Numbered from the stretch's first letter, positions 36,643 to 47,386 are shown. The stretch is 64,000 nt of DNA from an uncultured Acidobacteriota bacterium (GCA_963811815.1 CAWEST010000005.1:72177-136176), one strand, 5' to 3'. Translations and numbers: made by a program. The notes: a model not told the origin generated them from the letters alone.

Positions 36643-37502
36643 GGCAGACATATGGAAAGCTTCTCCCGGGGATGCGAATTTCCGATCTGACGGGCAAGCT
36701 GATCGTGATTGAAGGGACCGATGGCGTTGGGCGCACGACGCAGATCGATCTGTTGAAACCGTGGCTCGAAGAGCTGGGACATGCGGTGCTGGATACGGGC
36801 ATGGCGCGTTCGACGCTGGCTGGAGAAGGACTCCGGCGCGCGAAGGAAGGAAATAACCTGGGACGCGTGACACAAAGCCTTTTTTACGCGACGGATTTTA
36901 TCGATCGTTTGGAGAACGAGATCGTTCCGGCGCTGCGGTCCGGGTTCATCGTGCTGACCGACCGGTACGTTTATTCGCTGATGGCCAGGGCGTTCGTTCG
37001 CGGCATGGACTCGAAATGGATTCGCAGCATTTACAGCGTGGCGTTAAAACCAGATGCGACATTCTATTTGCGGTTGAGCATCGACCAGCTGATTCCGCGC
37101 GTTGTTTTCTCACGGGGATTCGATTATTGGGAGTCCGGGATGGATCTGTATCCGGGGCGGGATATGTACGACTGCTTTTGCAATTATCAGACTGCATTGA
37201 TGGGGGAGTTCGACCGGCTTAGCGAAGAATATAAGTTTGATGTGATTGAGGCATCGGCGGATGCCGAGCAGGTTTTCGAGCACCTCAAGGCAGGAATATT
37301 CCGCGCTCTGGAAAGTGATTCCCGAAAAGAATACATTTCCGCGCGCAGCACGAAGACATTGTCTATTTCCGATTTGAGCGCGAATGAAAGGATCGCACCT
37401 GCGGCACACACCACTCATTCAGCTAAGTTCGAGTCGGTGCTGCGATCTATCATGGCGCACTCTGCGGACGGCAACGGCAGAACGGCCCAGCACCAGAAAT
37501 AG
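36639..37502 (+). CDS. Thymidylate-kinase-like paralog with degenerate P-loop (GVGRTT) and ~70-aa C-terminal extension
   Basis: LIVIEGTDGVGRTTQIDLL, FYATDFIDR and LTDRYVYSLMA. ATGA overlap with the upstream paralog. Confidence 0.8.
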   Translation: MRQTYGKLLPGMRISDLTGKLIVIEGTDGVGRTTQIDLLKPWLEELGHAVLDTGMARSTLAGEGLRRAKEGNNLGRVTQSLFYATDFIDRLENEIVPALRSGFIVLTDRYVYSLMARAFVRGMDSKWIRSIYSVALKPDATFYLRLSIDQLIPRVVFSRGFDYWESGMDLYPGRDMYDCFCNYQTALMGEFDRLSEEYKFDVIEASADAEQVFEHLKAGIFRALESDSRKEYISARSTKTLSISDLSANERIAPAAHTTHSAKFESVLRSIMAHSADGNGRTAQHQK

Positions 37503-37523
37503 TTTTTACATGCCGGCCACTGG

Positions 37524-39548
37524 CTAGCGAGAAGAATCTGTGAACCGGAGGGACTGCATGGTATGGACGAGTTCATCGAGCTTTGACACATCGGTGCTTG
37601 AGAAAACGAAGAGAAGCAAATAGTCTTTCTCCATCGTGACGGCCTCGACCACGTGGCTAGTCGCGCCCTTGATCGTGGGATTCAAGTTTAACTTCCAAAA
37701 GGTTTTTCCAGCAACAGTGAATTGCTCCGGCGGGCCGACAACTGAGATCGCCATACCCCTGTTTGTCAAAATCGCGGCCATTGATTTCAAAAAGTCTTCG
37801 CCCGATTTCAAATCAGGTTCGAGTACTCGCTTGTCCATAGCTTGGATGAGAATCGAACTCACATTGGTTGATATGTCCTTCGTCGTCTGCCTGGTGACAA
37901 ACAAGAGTTGGTACGCATTTCTAGCAGCTGCTTCTGCTATGTCCGGCATTGTGGGATCGCCGTTCGCCAATATTGATGAGCCAAGTCTAGCTGCCGCTTC
38001 GCCTGCGCCAGCCTTCAAAACAATCCAGTTCTTGGGAAACTCGTAGGAGAAGCCGAAAAAGGTGTTTGTATAGATGTTGTCAGAAAAGAAGCCGTCGTCC
38101 GGCTGCGGTCCGACGGGTTTCGTGGCTGCGTTCGCGGTTTCTTTTGAACCGGCGGGATCAACAACTACGGAATACAGCGGGTTACTCGGCTCGATGCGCG
38201 CGGCCTCCCGGAATTCAGCAAGAGCCTCGTCTCGTTTGCCCTTGTCCCGCAAAGCTACGCCCAAAAAGTAGTGAGCTTGGGCGTCATTTGGACTCGTCTT
38301 CAAGAACAGATTCAGTTCCTCAATGGCCGCATCGGAATCGCCCGCGTGAACGAGTGAAAGGCCAAGAAGCTTGTGGATCATTGGTAGTTCCGGCGCGAGG
38401 GGGATCGCCTCTTCCAGAACAGGGATGGCGTCTTTGAATTGCCCACTTCGCGCCAGGCTGATGCCAAGTTCGGCAAGCGCGAGCTTATGACTTGGAAAGA
38501 TTCGCAGCGCTTCGCGAGCCTCAAGCGTGGCTTCACTGTCGCGCTTCTGAAGACTCAACGCCATTGCCACTGTGACATGCGCTTCTGCGTCTTCGGGCCA
38601 GAGTTTCAGAGACTCTCGGGCCTGAGCCTCGGCTCCGGGGTAGTTCCGGACAAGAAGAAGATTCCTTGCATATGCAAGATGAAGTGTTGCTGAATCGGGC
38701 GCAAGTTGGAGCGCACGCACAAAATTCTCGTTGGCCGATGCGGGTTGTTTGTTGCGTTTGTCAGTAAGCGCTGCGTCGAGGAGTCCATAGGCCTTGACCC
38801 GGTCAGGCGACGGTTGCTTAACAGCCAGAGGCTTGAGAGTAGTGAGCGCCTCAACGAGATTGGGAGGCGCCTCATACAATCGAAGTGAAGCGAGAAAAGC
38901 GGAGTCAGGAGTGAAATCGATGCCGCGCTGGCAGATCGGTTGGGCTTCGTATAGGGTGCGATTTTGACCTGCGAGAAAAGCAAGCAGTTCGAGACGGTCA
39001 AACGGGGGCGCCAGAGGCGTGCCAGCCTCGGCGGCGCTGCAGTCGGTCAGTGGTGGCAGCGGTGGCTGCGGTGGCTGGAGGTTATAATAGAAGGTGCAAC
39101 GTAGTCTAATGGAGGGCCCCTTAAAGGCCGCTGGAAGTGGGGCCTGCGGGTAAAAGTAACGGATAGCATTCATGGCTGCTTGATCGAGTGAATCGTTCCC
39201 AGAGCTTGTCTCGAGAAAGACGCGAGCAATGCTGCCATCCTGGTTGATATCGAATTGAATAACGGCCTGACCCTTTTCCCCTTTATAGAACGCTTCCGGC
39301 AGCGAGGCAGACCAGTTCCTCATCACCCGAGCGTGTAACAGATTCATGTAAGGACCGAAATTTACTCCCTCAGTTGGAGTTAGGATTTGCATCCCACTTG
39401 GGGGAGAACCCAAAGGATGAACGGTGACGCTCGGCGTAGTGCCCTGAACGGGTTCCTGAGCGCGGCTCACTGACTGAATTAGGAACATCGCGAGGGCCAC
39501 GATCACGAACGTTTTGAAAGCGAATCCGGGCCGACGCGGTTGTCTCAT
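37524..39548 (-). CDS. Secreted TonB-C-terminal-like domain / TPR repeat / C-terminal unknown (possibly PsbP/DcrB-like) domain protein
   Basis: Signal peptide, then TonB_C-like GQAVIQFDINQDGSIARVFLETSSGNDSLDQAAMNAI. Multiple TPR units span aa ~250-470. The final ~200 aa (FGFSYEFPKNWIV...) are not recognised. Confidence 0.75.
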   Translation of the reverse strand: MRQPRRPGFAFKTFVIVALAMFLIQSVSRAQEPVQGTTPSVTVHPLGSPPSGMQILTPTEGVNFGPYMNLLHARVMRNWSASLPEAFYKGEKGQAVIQFDINQDGSIARVFLETSSGNDSLDQAAMNAIRYFYPQAPLPAAFKGPSIRLRCTFYYNLQPPQPPLPPLTDCSAAEAGTPLAPPFDRLELLAFLAGQNRTLYEAQPICQRGIDFTPDSAFLASLRLYEAPPNLVEALTTLKPLAVKQPSPDRVKAYGLLDAALTDKRNKQPASANENFVRALQLAPDSATLHLAYARNLLLVRNYPGAEAQARESLKLWPEDAEAHVTVAMALSLQKRDSEATLEAREALRIFPSHKLALAELGISLARSGQFKDAIPVLEEAIPLAPELPMIHKLLGLSLVHAGDSDAAIEELNLFLKTSPNDAQAHYFLGVALRDKGKRDEALAEFREAARIEPSNPLYSVVVDPAGSKETANAATKPVGPQPDDGFFSDNIYTNTFFGFSYEFPKNWIVLKAGAGEAAARLGSSILANGDPTMPDIAEAAARNAYQLLFVTRQTTKDISTNVSSILIQAMDKRVLEPDLKSGEDFLKSMAAILTNRGMAISVVGPPEQFTVAGKTFWKLNLNPTIKGATSHVVEAVTMEKDYLLLFVFSSTDVSKLDELVHTMQSLRFTDSSR

Positions 39549-39768
39549 ATTTAGGAACTTAGCGCATATCTAATAGCTGTCAAGCTCCGGATATTCGCGC
39601 CGTTCTGAACGGCGATGGCGGGCTCGGTGGGCAGGACGCTGCGAGTCATTAACAACTATTGCGGCTCGTCTAAGCCCTCCACGGCGAAGTAAGTACTAAC
39701 AATGCTGGTTTGGAAGCAGCCGGGCTTCGTTGACTTGGCGTCTCATAAGACCTTAAGATGCGCGTAAA

Positions 39769-42471
39769 GTGACGGACTCCTCCTCTTTCATCGGCCGCAC
39801 AATTTCCCACTATCGCATCGTCGAAAAGCTGGGCGGGGGCGGGATGGGCGTGGTCTATAAGGCGGAGGACACGCGGCTGCATCGCGCAGTCAGTTTGAAA
39901 TTCCTGCCCGGCGAGATGTCCCACGACCTGGGCGCTCTTGAACGGTTCCGGCGGGAGGCGCAGGCGGCATCGGCGTTAAATCATCCGAACATCTGCACGA
40001 TTTACGACATCGGCGAGCAAGACGGCCAGCAATTCATTGCCATGGAGTTTCTGGAAGGCGAGACGCTGAAACAACGGATCTCCGGCAAGCCGCTGCCTCT
40101 GGAACAAGTGGTGGAGCTGGGAATTGAAATCGCGGAGGCGCTGGATGCGGCGCACGCCAAAGGAATCGTGCACCGCGACATCAAGCCTGCGAACATTTTC
40201 GTCACCGCGCGCGGGCATGCCAAGATTCTGGATTTCGGTCTAGCCAAGCAGAGTTCCGGCGACGAACGTCCCGGCGTTTCCGCGCTGCCGACTGCAACTG
40301 CAGAAGAATTCCTGACAAGCCCGGGCACAGCACTGGGCACAGTGGCTTATATGTCGCCAGAACAAGTGCGAGGCGAGCAACTGGATTCGCGCACGGATCT
40401 TTTCTCGTTCGGCGTGGTGTTATACGAGATGGCCACGGGCGTTCTGCCATTTCGCGGAGAAACTTCCGGCGTCATTTTCGACGCCATCCTAAATCGCGAG
40501 CCGGTCACAGCCGTGCGGCTGAATCCCGATCTGCCGACGAAGCTGGAAGAAATTATCGATCGGGCGATGGAGAAAGACCGCAATCTGCGCTACCAGCACG
40601 CGTCGGACGTGCGAGCAGAATTACAGAGGCTGAAACGCGACAGCACGTCGGGCCGCTCGCATGTGTCATTTGCAGGAAAAGCGGAACAAGTAACAGCAGA
40701 ATCACAGGCTGTAGCTTCGGGCGCGACACGGAGTGGTGCGAGGCGAAAAGGCTACTATTACGCCGCGGCGGCAATTCTTGTGCTGGCGGCAGCGGCTGGA
40801 GCATTCTTCCTGTATCGATCGTCGCGGAGTAGCCCTCCTGCGAGCAAGGACTGGGAGCAGCTTACTTTTTTCACGGACTCCGCCGTGTACCCGGCACTCT
40901 CGCCGGATGGACGGATGCTCGCGTTCATACGCGGAAGCAATTCATTTTTCGGCCCCGGACAAGTTTGCGTCAAGTTTCTGCCCGACGGCCAGCCCGTGGA
41001 ACTCACGCATGACGCCTCGCAGAAATTAAATCCAGTCTTCTCCGCTGACAATTCGCTCATCGCCTATGGAGTGGCCATACCTTTCAGCGTGTGGGAAGTG
41101 CCGGTTCTCGGCGGCGAGCCGCATATGATGTTCCCCAACGCGACCTCTTTGACCTGGATCGACGATGGAAAGCGGCTGCTTTTTTCTGAGATCAAAGAAG
41201 GATTGCACATGGTGCTGGTGACCACCGACCAAGGCCGAGGGCAGCGGCGGGAAGTTTACGCACCTCCCGGCGAGCGCAGCATGATCCATCATTCCTATCT
41301 TTCCCCTGACGGGCGATGGGTGCTGGTGGTGGAGATGGGCGATCGTGGCGACTTTCTCCCTTGCAGTGTTGTTCCTTTTCAGGGAACGGGCGATGCGCGT
41401 GTCGTGGGTCCTCCCGACGGTTCCTGCACTTCGGGCGCGTGGTCGCCTGACGGCAAATGGGTGTACCTCACGGTGACGAAAGGGGACAAGTCCCACATCT
41501 GGCGGCAACGATTTCCGAGCGGAGAGCCTGAGCAGGTGACTCCTGGCCCGACTACCCAGGAGGGAATTGCAATGTCCGCGGACGGCAAATCGCTCATTAC
41601 CTCGGTCGGCACGGAGGACAGCACGGTGTGGCTGCACGACAAGGACGGCGACCATCAGATTTCCTCGGAAGGGAATGCGCACGGAGCGTCCTTCTCGTCT
41701 GATGGAAAAGAACTCTATTACCTGATGGCCAACGGCAAAGCCTCGGATTATGAGCTCTGGGTCAAGGATTTGAGCGATGGCAAGACGGAGAGGTTCCTAC
41801 CGGGGTATTCCATGGCAGACTACTCAGTTTCTGCTGATGGAAAAGAAGTCGCGTTCGAAATGGACGACCAGAACGGACGGTCCAGTCTGTGGGTTGCTCC
41901 AACCAGTCGCCGCTCTTCCCCAGTTCGGATATCTTCCAGCGCGGTCGAAGATTCCGCCGTTTTCCTCCCCGATGGGGACCTGGTTTTTCGAGTGGTCGAA
42001 AATGGATCGAATTTTTTGTACCGCATGAAAGCTGATGGAACCGGGCGCCACAAGGTAATCCCCGGACGTATATTCGATCTTGGTGCAGGGTCGCCGGACG
42101 GTCGTTGGATCGTTGCTACTTCGCCGGGCCCGGATCAGGAGTACACGGCTCAATTTAGTGCGATTGCAACGGATGGAAGCAAGATCGTACCGCTCTGCCT
42201 GGGCTATTGCGACGCAATCTGGGATGTCACTGGAAAATTCATGTACGTTGACTTCCCCTCTTTGCGCGACGGTACCTTCCCGCTGCCCCTGGTGCACGAC
42301 TCGGGCCTTCCGATGTTGCCCCCTGGTGGAATCGCGAGAATCGAGGACTTCACCAATGCAAAAGCTGCAGCCGTGATTCCCCGGGTCGTGGATTCTGCCA
42401 TCAGCCCATCCGATTACGCCTACAGCGTCAAGAATACCCGCCGCAACTTGTATCGCATCCCGTTGCCGTAG
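39769..42471 (+). CDS. Ser/Thr protein kinase with TM segment and C-terminal TolB-like (PD40/WD40-like) beta-propeller region
   Basis: Canonical motifs [33 protein letters not shown] and YMSPEQ. TM is [35 protein letters not shown] repeats occur in the C-terminal 500 aa. GTG start. Confidence 0.9.
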   Translation: MTDSSSFIGRTISHYRIVEKLGGGGMGVVYKAEDTRLHRAVSLKFLPGEMSHDLGALERFRREAQAASALNHPNICTIYDIGEQDGQQFIAMEFLEGETLKQRISGKPLPLEQVVELGIEIAEALDAAHAKGIVHRDIKPANIFVTARGHAKILDFGLAKQSSGDERPGVSALPTATAEEFLTSPGTALGTVAYMSPEQVRGEQLDSRTDLFSFGVVLYEMATGVLPFRGETSGVIFDAILNREPVTAVRLNPDLPTKLEEIIDRAMEKDRNLRYQHASDVRAELQRLKRDSTSGRSHVSFAGKAEQVTAESQAVASGATRSGARRKGYYYAAAAILVLAAAAGAFFLYRSSRSSPPASKDWEQLTFFTDSAVYPALSPDGRMLAFIRGSNSFFGPGQVCVKFLPDGQPVELTHDASQKLNPVFSADNSLIAYGVAIPFSVWEVPVLGGEPHMMFPNATSLTWIDDGKRLLFSEIKEGLHMVLVTTDQGRGQRREVYAPPGERSMIHHSYLSPDGRWVLVVEMGDRGDFLPCSVVPFQGTGDARVVGPPDGSCTSGAWSPDGKWVYLTVTKGDKSHIWRQRFPSGEPEQVTPGPTTQEGIAMSADGKSLITSVGTEDSTVWLHDKDGDHQISSEGNAHGASFSSDGKELYYLMANGKASDYELWVKDLSDGKTERFLPGYSMADYSVSADGKEVAFEMDDQNGRSSLWVAPTSRRSSPVRISSSAVEDSAVFLPDGDLVFRVVENGSNFLYRMKADGTGRHKVIPGRIFDLGAGSPDGRWIVATSPGPDQEYTAQFSAIATDGSKIVPLCLGYCDAIWDVTGKFMYVDFPSLRDGTFPLPLVHDSGLPMLPPGGIARIEDFTNAKAAAVIPRVVDSAISPSDYAYSVKNTRRNLYRIPLP

Positions 42472-42531
42472 GCCACGCGCTGATTGATCGGCTTCGCCGT
42501 AAAAGTTTGCTCAAGATTTTTGGAACTGCGG

Positions 42532-45500
42532 CTACTGCGGATCGGGTTGGTCGCCGACGGAGAAGTAGGTGCAATCGGGGTGATGGAAGACGAGGGCGCT
42601 GACGCTGGCTTCGGGGTCCATCATCATGCCTTCGGTGAGATGCACGCCGATTTCTTCGGGGCGGAGGAGCATCCAAATGCCGGCCTGGTCGTCGAGATTG
42701 GGGCAGGCGGGGTAGCCGAAGCTGTAGCGTTTGCCGCGATAGCGCGAAGTGAAGCGCTCGGCCATGGTCAGCGCGGGCGGATCGGGGAAGCCCCAATCTT
42801 CGCGGATGCGTCGATGCAGCCATTCGGCGCACGCTTCGGCGGTTTCGATGGCGAGAGCCTGCAGACCGTGTGAAAAAAGATAACGGCCGTCGGCTTTGGC
42901 TTCTTCGGCGCGTTCGCGGACTCCGGCGCCGGCGGTGACGACGAAAAGAGCGAGGTGATCGCGGCGGACATTTTTCTTTTCCGCGCCGTTCTGACCTGCG
43001 ACGGCAGGCTCAGCGGGCAGGATGTAATCGCTCAAGCAGAGATTGTCTGCGAGGCGCTGGCGCTGAAAATGGAATTTGTGAATGGGCGAAACTTTTCCCG
43101 GCTCGAACAAGGCGATGGAATTCCCTTCGCGTTCCGCTTCGAAGAATTGCCACACGGCTGAAATTTTCATGAATGATTCGGCTTCGCGTTTGACTTCTTC
43201 CATGCTGTGAAAAAGCTCAAGCGCGCGCGGGTCGCGCTCTTTTAGCGCCTTTTCGAAATTTCCGCGAAAGCCCATGTGACGCCCGAAAATCATGAAGGGA
43301 TTGATATAGCTCCAAATTTCATTTCTGTCGGGAATGGAGCGGGCTTTGCGGTCCAGATAAGCGACGGGCGGAATGGGAATGCCGGTGCGAATTCGCGGCG
43401 AGCGCTCTTCGCCAGCGGGGCCAAGCGGAAGAGGCGCGGCTTCCTCCACGGCGATGGTTCCGGCATGTGTGTTGTCTTGCAGGACGGCCTGGCGTTGCGC
43501 GGGATCGCTCAGATGATTCATCAGGCGCAAGCCGGTCATGGCGTCTTTGGCGTAGCAGACGGCGGTGCTGTATTGCGGAGCAATTTTCAGGCGCGTGAAT
43601 TTTTCCGATAGCGCCGCGCCGCCTACCAGCAGGGGCACGTCAATACCTGCTTCGCGCAAGTCCGCAGCGGTGATGACCATTTGCTGCGCGCTTTTCACCA
43701 GCAGGCCGGAAAGGCCGATGGCGTCGGGATTATGTTCGCGATGAGCGCGAATCAATTCCTCCGGGGGAACTTTGATGCCGAGATTGATCACCTCGTAGCC
43801 GTTATTTTTCAGGATGATCTCGACGAGATTTTTGCCGATGTCGTGCACGTCGCCTTTGACAGTGGCCAGCATGACTTTGGCGCGCTTCTCGGTGTCGGCC
43901 TTCTCCATGAACTGTTCGAGATGACTGACTGCGGCCTTCATGGCTTCGGCGGATTGCAACACTTCCGCGACGATTAGTTCATTGTTGTTGAATAAACGGC
44001 CGACTTCCGCCATTCCGGTCATCAAGGGACCGTTGATGATGTCCAGCGGCGCATTGCCTTCGGCGCGCTTGCGATTTAGATCATCGACCAAACCGTCTTT
44101 GGAGCCTTCGAGAATGTAGTTCGCGAGGCGCTGGTCGAGAGGAAGGTCGGCAGCGCGTTCCTTTTTCCGCGAGCCGGAAGCGCGGAAATGATCGGTGATT
44201 GCAGCGATATGAAATTGGTTGATGGCGGCTTTCTGTTCCGGCGTTTGCTGGCGCCAGCCAGCCGGGGCGTTTCGCAGGTGTTGGGCTTGCGGGTGACCTT
44301 CCGGCACCGACGCGGGGGGAGTATTGAACAGAAGATCTTCGGCCAACTTTCTTTCGGGCTCCGGAATGGAGCCGAAGCGCTCGATGCGCTCGGCGTTGAC
44401 GATGGCGAGATCCAATCCTGCTTTGGTGCAGTGATACAGAAAGACGGAATTCACTACCTCGCGCGCGCCGGGAGGCAAGCCGAATGAAACGTTGGAAATT
44501 CCGAGAACGGTGCGCACGTGGGGAATTTGTTTCTTGATCAGGCGAACGCCTTCGATTGTTTCCAGCGCGCCGCCAATATAATTCTTGTCGCCGGTGCCAC
44601 AGGGGAAAACCAGCGGGTCGAAGATTATATTTTCCGCGTGAATTGCAAAACGTTCGGTGAGCAGGCGATAGGAGCGTTCGGCGATTTCTAGTTTGCGTTC
44701 GCGGGTGAAGGCCTGCGCCTGCACCGGATCTTCGTCGATACATCCAACGATAATTGCGGCTCCGTAGGACCGAGCAAGCGGGCAGATGCGCTCGAATTTT
44801 TCTTCGCCATCTTCGAGGTTAATCGAATTGATGATGCTTTTGCCCTGGCAATAGGTGAGGGCGAGTTCGACCGCGCGGGGATCGGTGGTGTCGATCATGA
44901 TGGGAGCTTTAATTTTGCGGATGAGCTGGTCGTAAAACGGCGGGATGTCGTTGATTTCGTCGCGATCGGTGCTTTGCAGGCAAACGTCCACAATGTGCGC
45001 GCCGCTTTTCACCTGCCGCCGCGCGATCTCGGTGGCTTCCTCCCATAGTTCCGCGGCCACCAGGTTTTTGAACTGGCGCGAGCCGATGACATTCGTGCGC
45101 TCGCCGACCACGAGCGGGCGCGTGCTCTCTTCCGCCTCGATCATTTCGATCCCGGAATACACGGCGCGATGAGCCGAATCCGGCGGGCGCCGCGGAGACT
45201 TGTTCTGGACCATTTGCGCAATCGCGCGAATGTGTTTTTCGGTAGTGCCGCAGCAGCCGCCGACGATGTTCAGCCAGCCGCGATCGACGAAACGCTCGAG
45301 CTGTTGCGCGAGCGACGTGGGCGTTTCCTGGTAGAGGCCTTCTTCATTGGGCAGGCCGGCGTTGGGGTAGCAGGATACAAAGCCGCTGGTGAGCGAATGC
45401 AAGGTGCGAACATGATCGGTCATGAATTCCGGACCGGTTGCGCAATTGAGGCCGAGCGAAATCAAATCCACGTGGTCGAGCGAGGACCACAGCGCCTCGA

Positions 45501-46137
45501 TGCCCTGGCCGGCGAGCATGGTTCCCATAGGCTCGATGGTCACGGAAACCATCAGCGGAATCGGCTGGCCGAGTTCGTGGCTTAGTTGCTGAATGGCGAG
45601 GACGCCAGCCTTGATGTTGCGAGTGTCCTGGCAAGTCTCCAGGAGAAGAAGGTCTGCGCCACCTTCGATGAGGCCGCGCGCCTGATCGTGATAATTATTT
45701 TGAAGCTGTTCGAAATTGATGCCGCCGGTGACGCTGATGGCCTTGGTAGTGGGACCCATAGAGCCCGCCACAAAACGCGGTTTTGCAGGCGTGGAGAATT
45801 CGTCAGCTGCCTGGCGCGCCAGTTCGGCGGCGATGCGGCTGATTTCGCGAGCGCGAGCACCGAGGCCATATTCCGCCAGCACCACCGGGGTGCTGCCAAA
45901 GGAGTCTGTTTCGATGATGTCCGAGCCGGCCTCGAGATATTTCCGGTGGATGGAGAGGACAACCTCGGGCTTGCTGACGACGAGGTACTCATTGCAACCT
46001 TCGAGCTGCGGTCCGCCAAAATCCGCCGCAGTGAGATTCGCCTGCTGCAGCATGGTGCCCATCGCGCCATCCAGGATCAGGATGCGTTCGCGCAATAACT
46101 CCCGGAGGGCCAGGCCCTGTTGAATGAAGTTCCTCAT
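42532..46137 (-). CDS. metH: Cobalamin-dependent methionine synthase
   Basis: 1201 aa with Hcy-binding, pterin-binding, B12-binding (GDVHDIGKN) and AdoMet-activation domains in canonical order. Confidence 0.95.
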   Translation of the reverse strand: MRNFIQQGLALRELLRERILILDGAMGTMLQQANLTAADFGGPQLEGCNEYLVVSKPEVVLSIHRKYLEAGSDIIETDSFGSTPVVLAEYGLGARAREISRIAAELARQAADEFSTPAKPRFVAGSMGPTTKAISVTGGINFEQLQNNYHDQARGLIEGGADLLLLETCQDTRNIKAGVLAIQQLSHELGQPIPLMVSVTIEPMGTMLAGQGIEALWSSLDHVDLISLGLNCATGPEFMTDHVRTLHSLTSGFVSCYPNAGLPNEEGLYQETPTSLAQQLERFVDRGWLNIVGGCCGTTEKHIRAIAQMVQNKSPRRPPDSAHRAVYSGIEMIEAEESTRPLVVGERTNVIGSRQFKNLVAAELWEEATEIARRQVKSGAHIVDVCLQSTDRDEINDIPPFYDQLIRKIKAPIMIDTTDPRAVELALTYCQGKSIINSINLEDGEEKFERICPLARSYGAAIIVGCIDEDPVQAQAFTRERKLEIAERSYRLLTERFAIHAENIIFDPLVFPCGTGDKNYIGGALETIEGVRLIKKQIPHVRTVLGISNVSFGLPPGAREVVNSVFLYHCTKAGLDLAIVNAERIERFGSIPEPERKLAEDLLFNTPPASVPEGHPQAQHLRNAPAGWRQQTPEQKAAINQFHIAAITDHFRASGSRKKERAADLPLDQRLANYILEGSKDGLVDDLNRKRAEGNAPLDIINGPLMTGMAEVGRLFNNNELIVAEVLQSAEAMKAAVSHLEQFMEKADTEKRAKVMLATVKGDVHDIGKNLVEIILKNNGYEVINLGIKVPPEELIRAHREHNPDAIGLSGLLVKSAQQMVITAADLREAGIDVPLLVGGAALSEKFTRLKIAPQYSTAVCYAKDAMTGLRLMNHLSDPAQRQAVLQDNTHAGTIAVEEAAPLPLGPAGEERSPRIRTGIPIPPVAYLDRKARSIPDRNEIWSYINPFMIFGRHMGFRGNFEKALKERDPRALELFHSMEEVKREAESFMKISAVWQFFEAEREGNSIALFEPGKVSPIHKFHFQRQRLADNLCLSDYILPAEPAVAGQNGAEKKNVRRDHLALFVVTAGAGVRERAEEAKADGRYLFSHGLQALAIETAEACAEWLHRRIREDWGFPDPPALTMAERFTSRYRGKRYSFGYPACPNLDDQAGIWMLLRPEEIGVHLTEGMMMDPEASVSALVFHHPDCTYFSVGDQPDPQ

Positions 46138-46224
46138 GTCGGCAAAAATAATCCTGGAAGAATTCTAGCAGGGGACGCGGCGACGAGACCGGAAGGAATC
46201 GCGCTGCGGTACGAACTTACAACT

Positions 46225-47115
46225 TTATGCGGATCGCAATCGTGTCTCGCTCACATCGCTATTCAGAAATTCTATGGAGACAGACTTGGGAACCATACCG
46301 GCTGCAGCGCCCCGGGCGAGCAGTTCGCGGACGGCGCGGCGTCCCTCTTCGCCATAGTCGAGCGTCCAGCGGTTCACATACATGCCCACGAATTTGTCGG
46401 CCAAAACCGGATCCATATCGCGGGCAAATTGCAGCGCATAATTCAGCGCGGCTTCGCGATGTTCCAACGCAAAGGAAACGCTTTCGCGAATGACACGGCC
46501 GATCTGGCGCCCGAGATCGGGACCCAGTTTGCGCCGAATAGCGTTTGCGCCAAGCGGCAAGGGCAGTCCGGTGATTTCCTGCCACCATTGGCCAAGGTCA
46601 ACGACGCGGTGGAGTCCGATTTGAGAGAAAAGCAATTGTCCTTCGTGAATCAGGAGGCCGGCTTCGACTTCCTTGGCTTGCACGGCCGCCAGAATTTTAT
46701 CGAACGGCATGGTCACGGTTTCTACGTTGGGCTCGAAGAGCTTCAGGGCGAGATACGAAGTTGTAAGTTCTCCAGGAATGGCAACTTTGCGTCCGGCTAA
46801 ATCCGTTTTCTTGATGGGATGTCCCGCGACGACAATGGGGCCGTAGCCTTCGCCGAAGCTGGCGCCGCAATCGAGCAGGACGTATTTGTCAGCGACGAAC
46901 GGATAGGCGTAAAAGCTGATGGCGGTGACGTCATAGACTTCTTTTCGGGCAGCCTGATTGAGCGATTCAATGTCGGACAAGACGTGGGTGAATTTCACAC
47001 CAGGCAAGCGGACTTTGCCGGTGGCCAGAGCGTAAAACATGAAAGCATCATCGCTGTCGGGCGAATGCGCGAGGCGAATCTCTGCTGTTTTTGGTACGGC
47101 TGCTGGTGTGGACAT
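46225..47115 (-). CDS. MqnA/MqnD-family (futalosine-pathway menaquinone biosynthesis-like, periplasmic-binding fold) protein
   Basis: IRLAHSPDSDDAFMFYALATGKV...DIESLN...DVTAISFYAY...GPIVVA resembles the MqnD N-terminal pattern (SPCPND replaced by SPDSDD). Confidence 0.6.
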   Translation of the reverse strand: MSTPAAVPKTAEIRLAHSPDSDDAFMFYALATGKVRLPGVKFTHVLSDIESLNQAARKEVYDVTAISFYAYPFVADKYVLLDCGASFGEGYGPIVVAGHPIKKTDLAGRKVAIPGELTTSYLALKLFEPNVETVTMPFDKILAAVQAKEVEAGLLIHEGQLLFSQIGLHRVVDLGQWWQEITGLPLPLGANAIRRKLGPDLGRQIGRVIRESVSFALEHREAALNYALQFARDMDPVLADKFVGMYVNRWTLDYGEEGRRAVRELLARGAAAGMVPKSVSIEFLNSDVSETRLRSA

Positions 47116-47386
47116 GCTGGGTCCGTCCTGGCGCTCACGGAAACGGTCACATTCGCCCAGGGCGGAAGAGATACCATAGAGACTCGTGCCCGCGGCGATG
47201 AAAAGTACGAACGGTGTGGACCCTTCCGGCGTGAGTGCCGAATAGTACGAGCAAAGAATAGCACACGGTACTGGTTTAGGTACAGGAGTAGCGAGGAAAT
47301 CCGGGGCCCGCAGAATTCATGGGAAATTCATACCGGTGTAGTGCGAGACACGCAGACGAATTGATGCCCCGGAACAAAAACGCGCG

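Noticed and set aside
39052-39078. Three tandem 9-mers (ggtggcagc ggtggctgc ggtggctgg).
   Set aside because: They lie inside the TonB_C-TPR CDS and encode the PPQPPLPPL hinge. This is a coding low-complexity stretch, not a CRISPR or VNTR locus.
47292-47305. GAGGAAATCCGGGG, which resembles the RNase P RNA GAGGAAAGUCCGGGC motif, within the 270-nt gap upstream of the MqnD-like gene.
   Set aside because: The gap is too short for RNase P RNA. The other universally conserved blocks are absent or in the wrong order.
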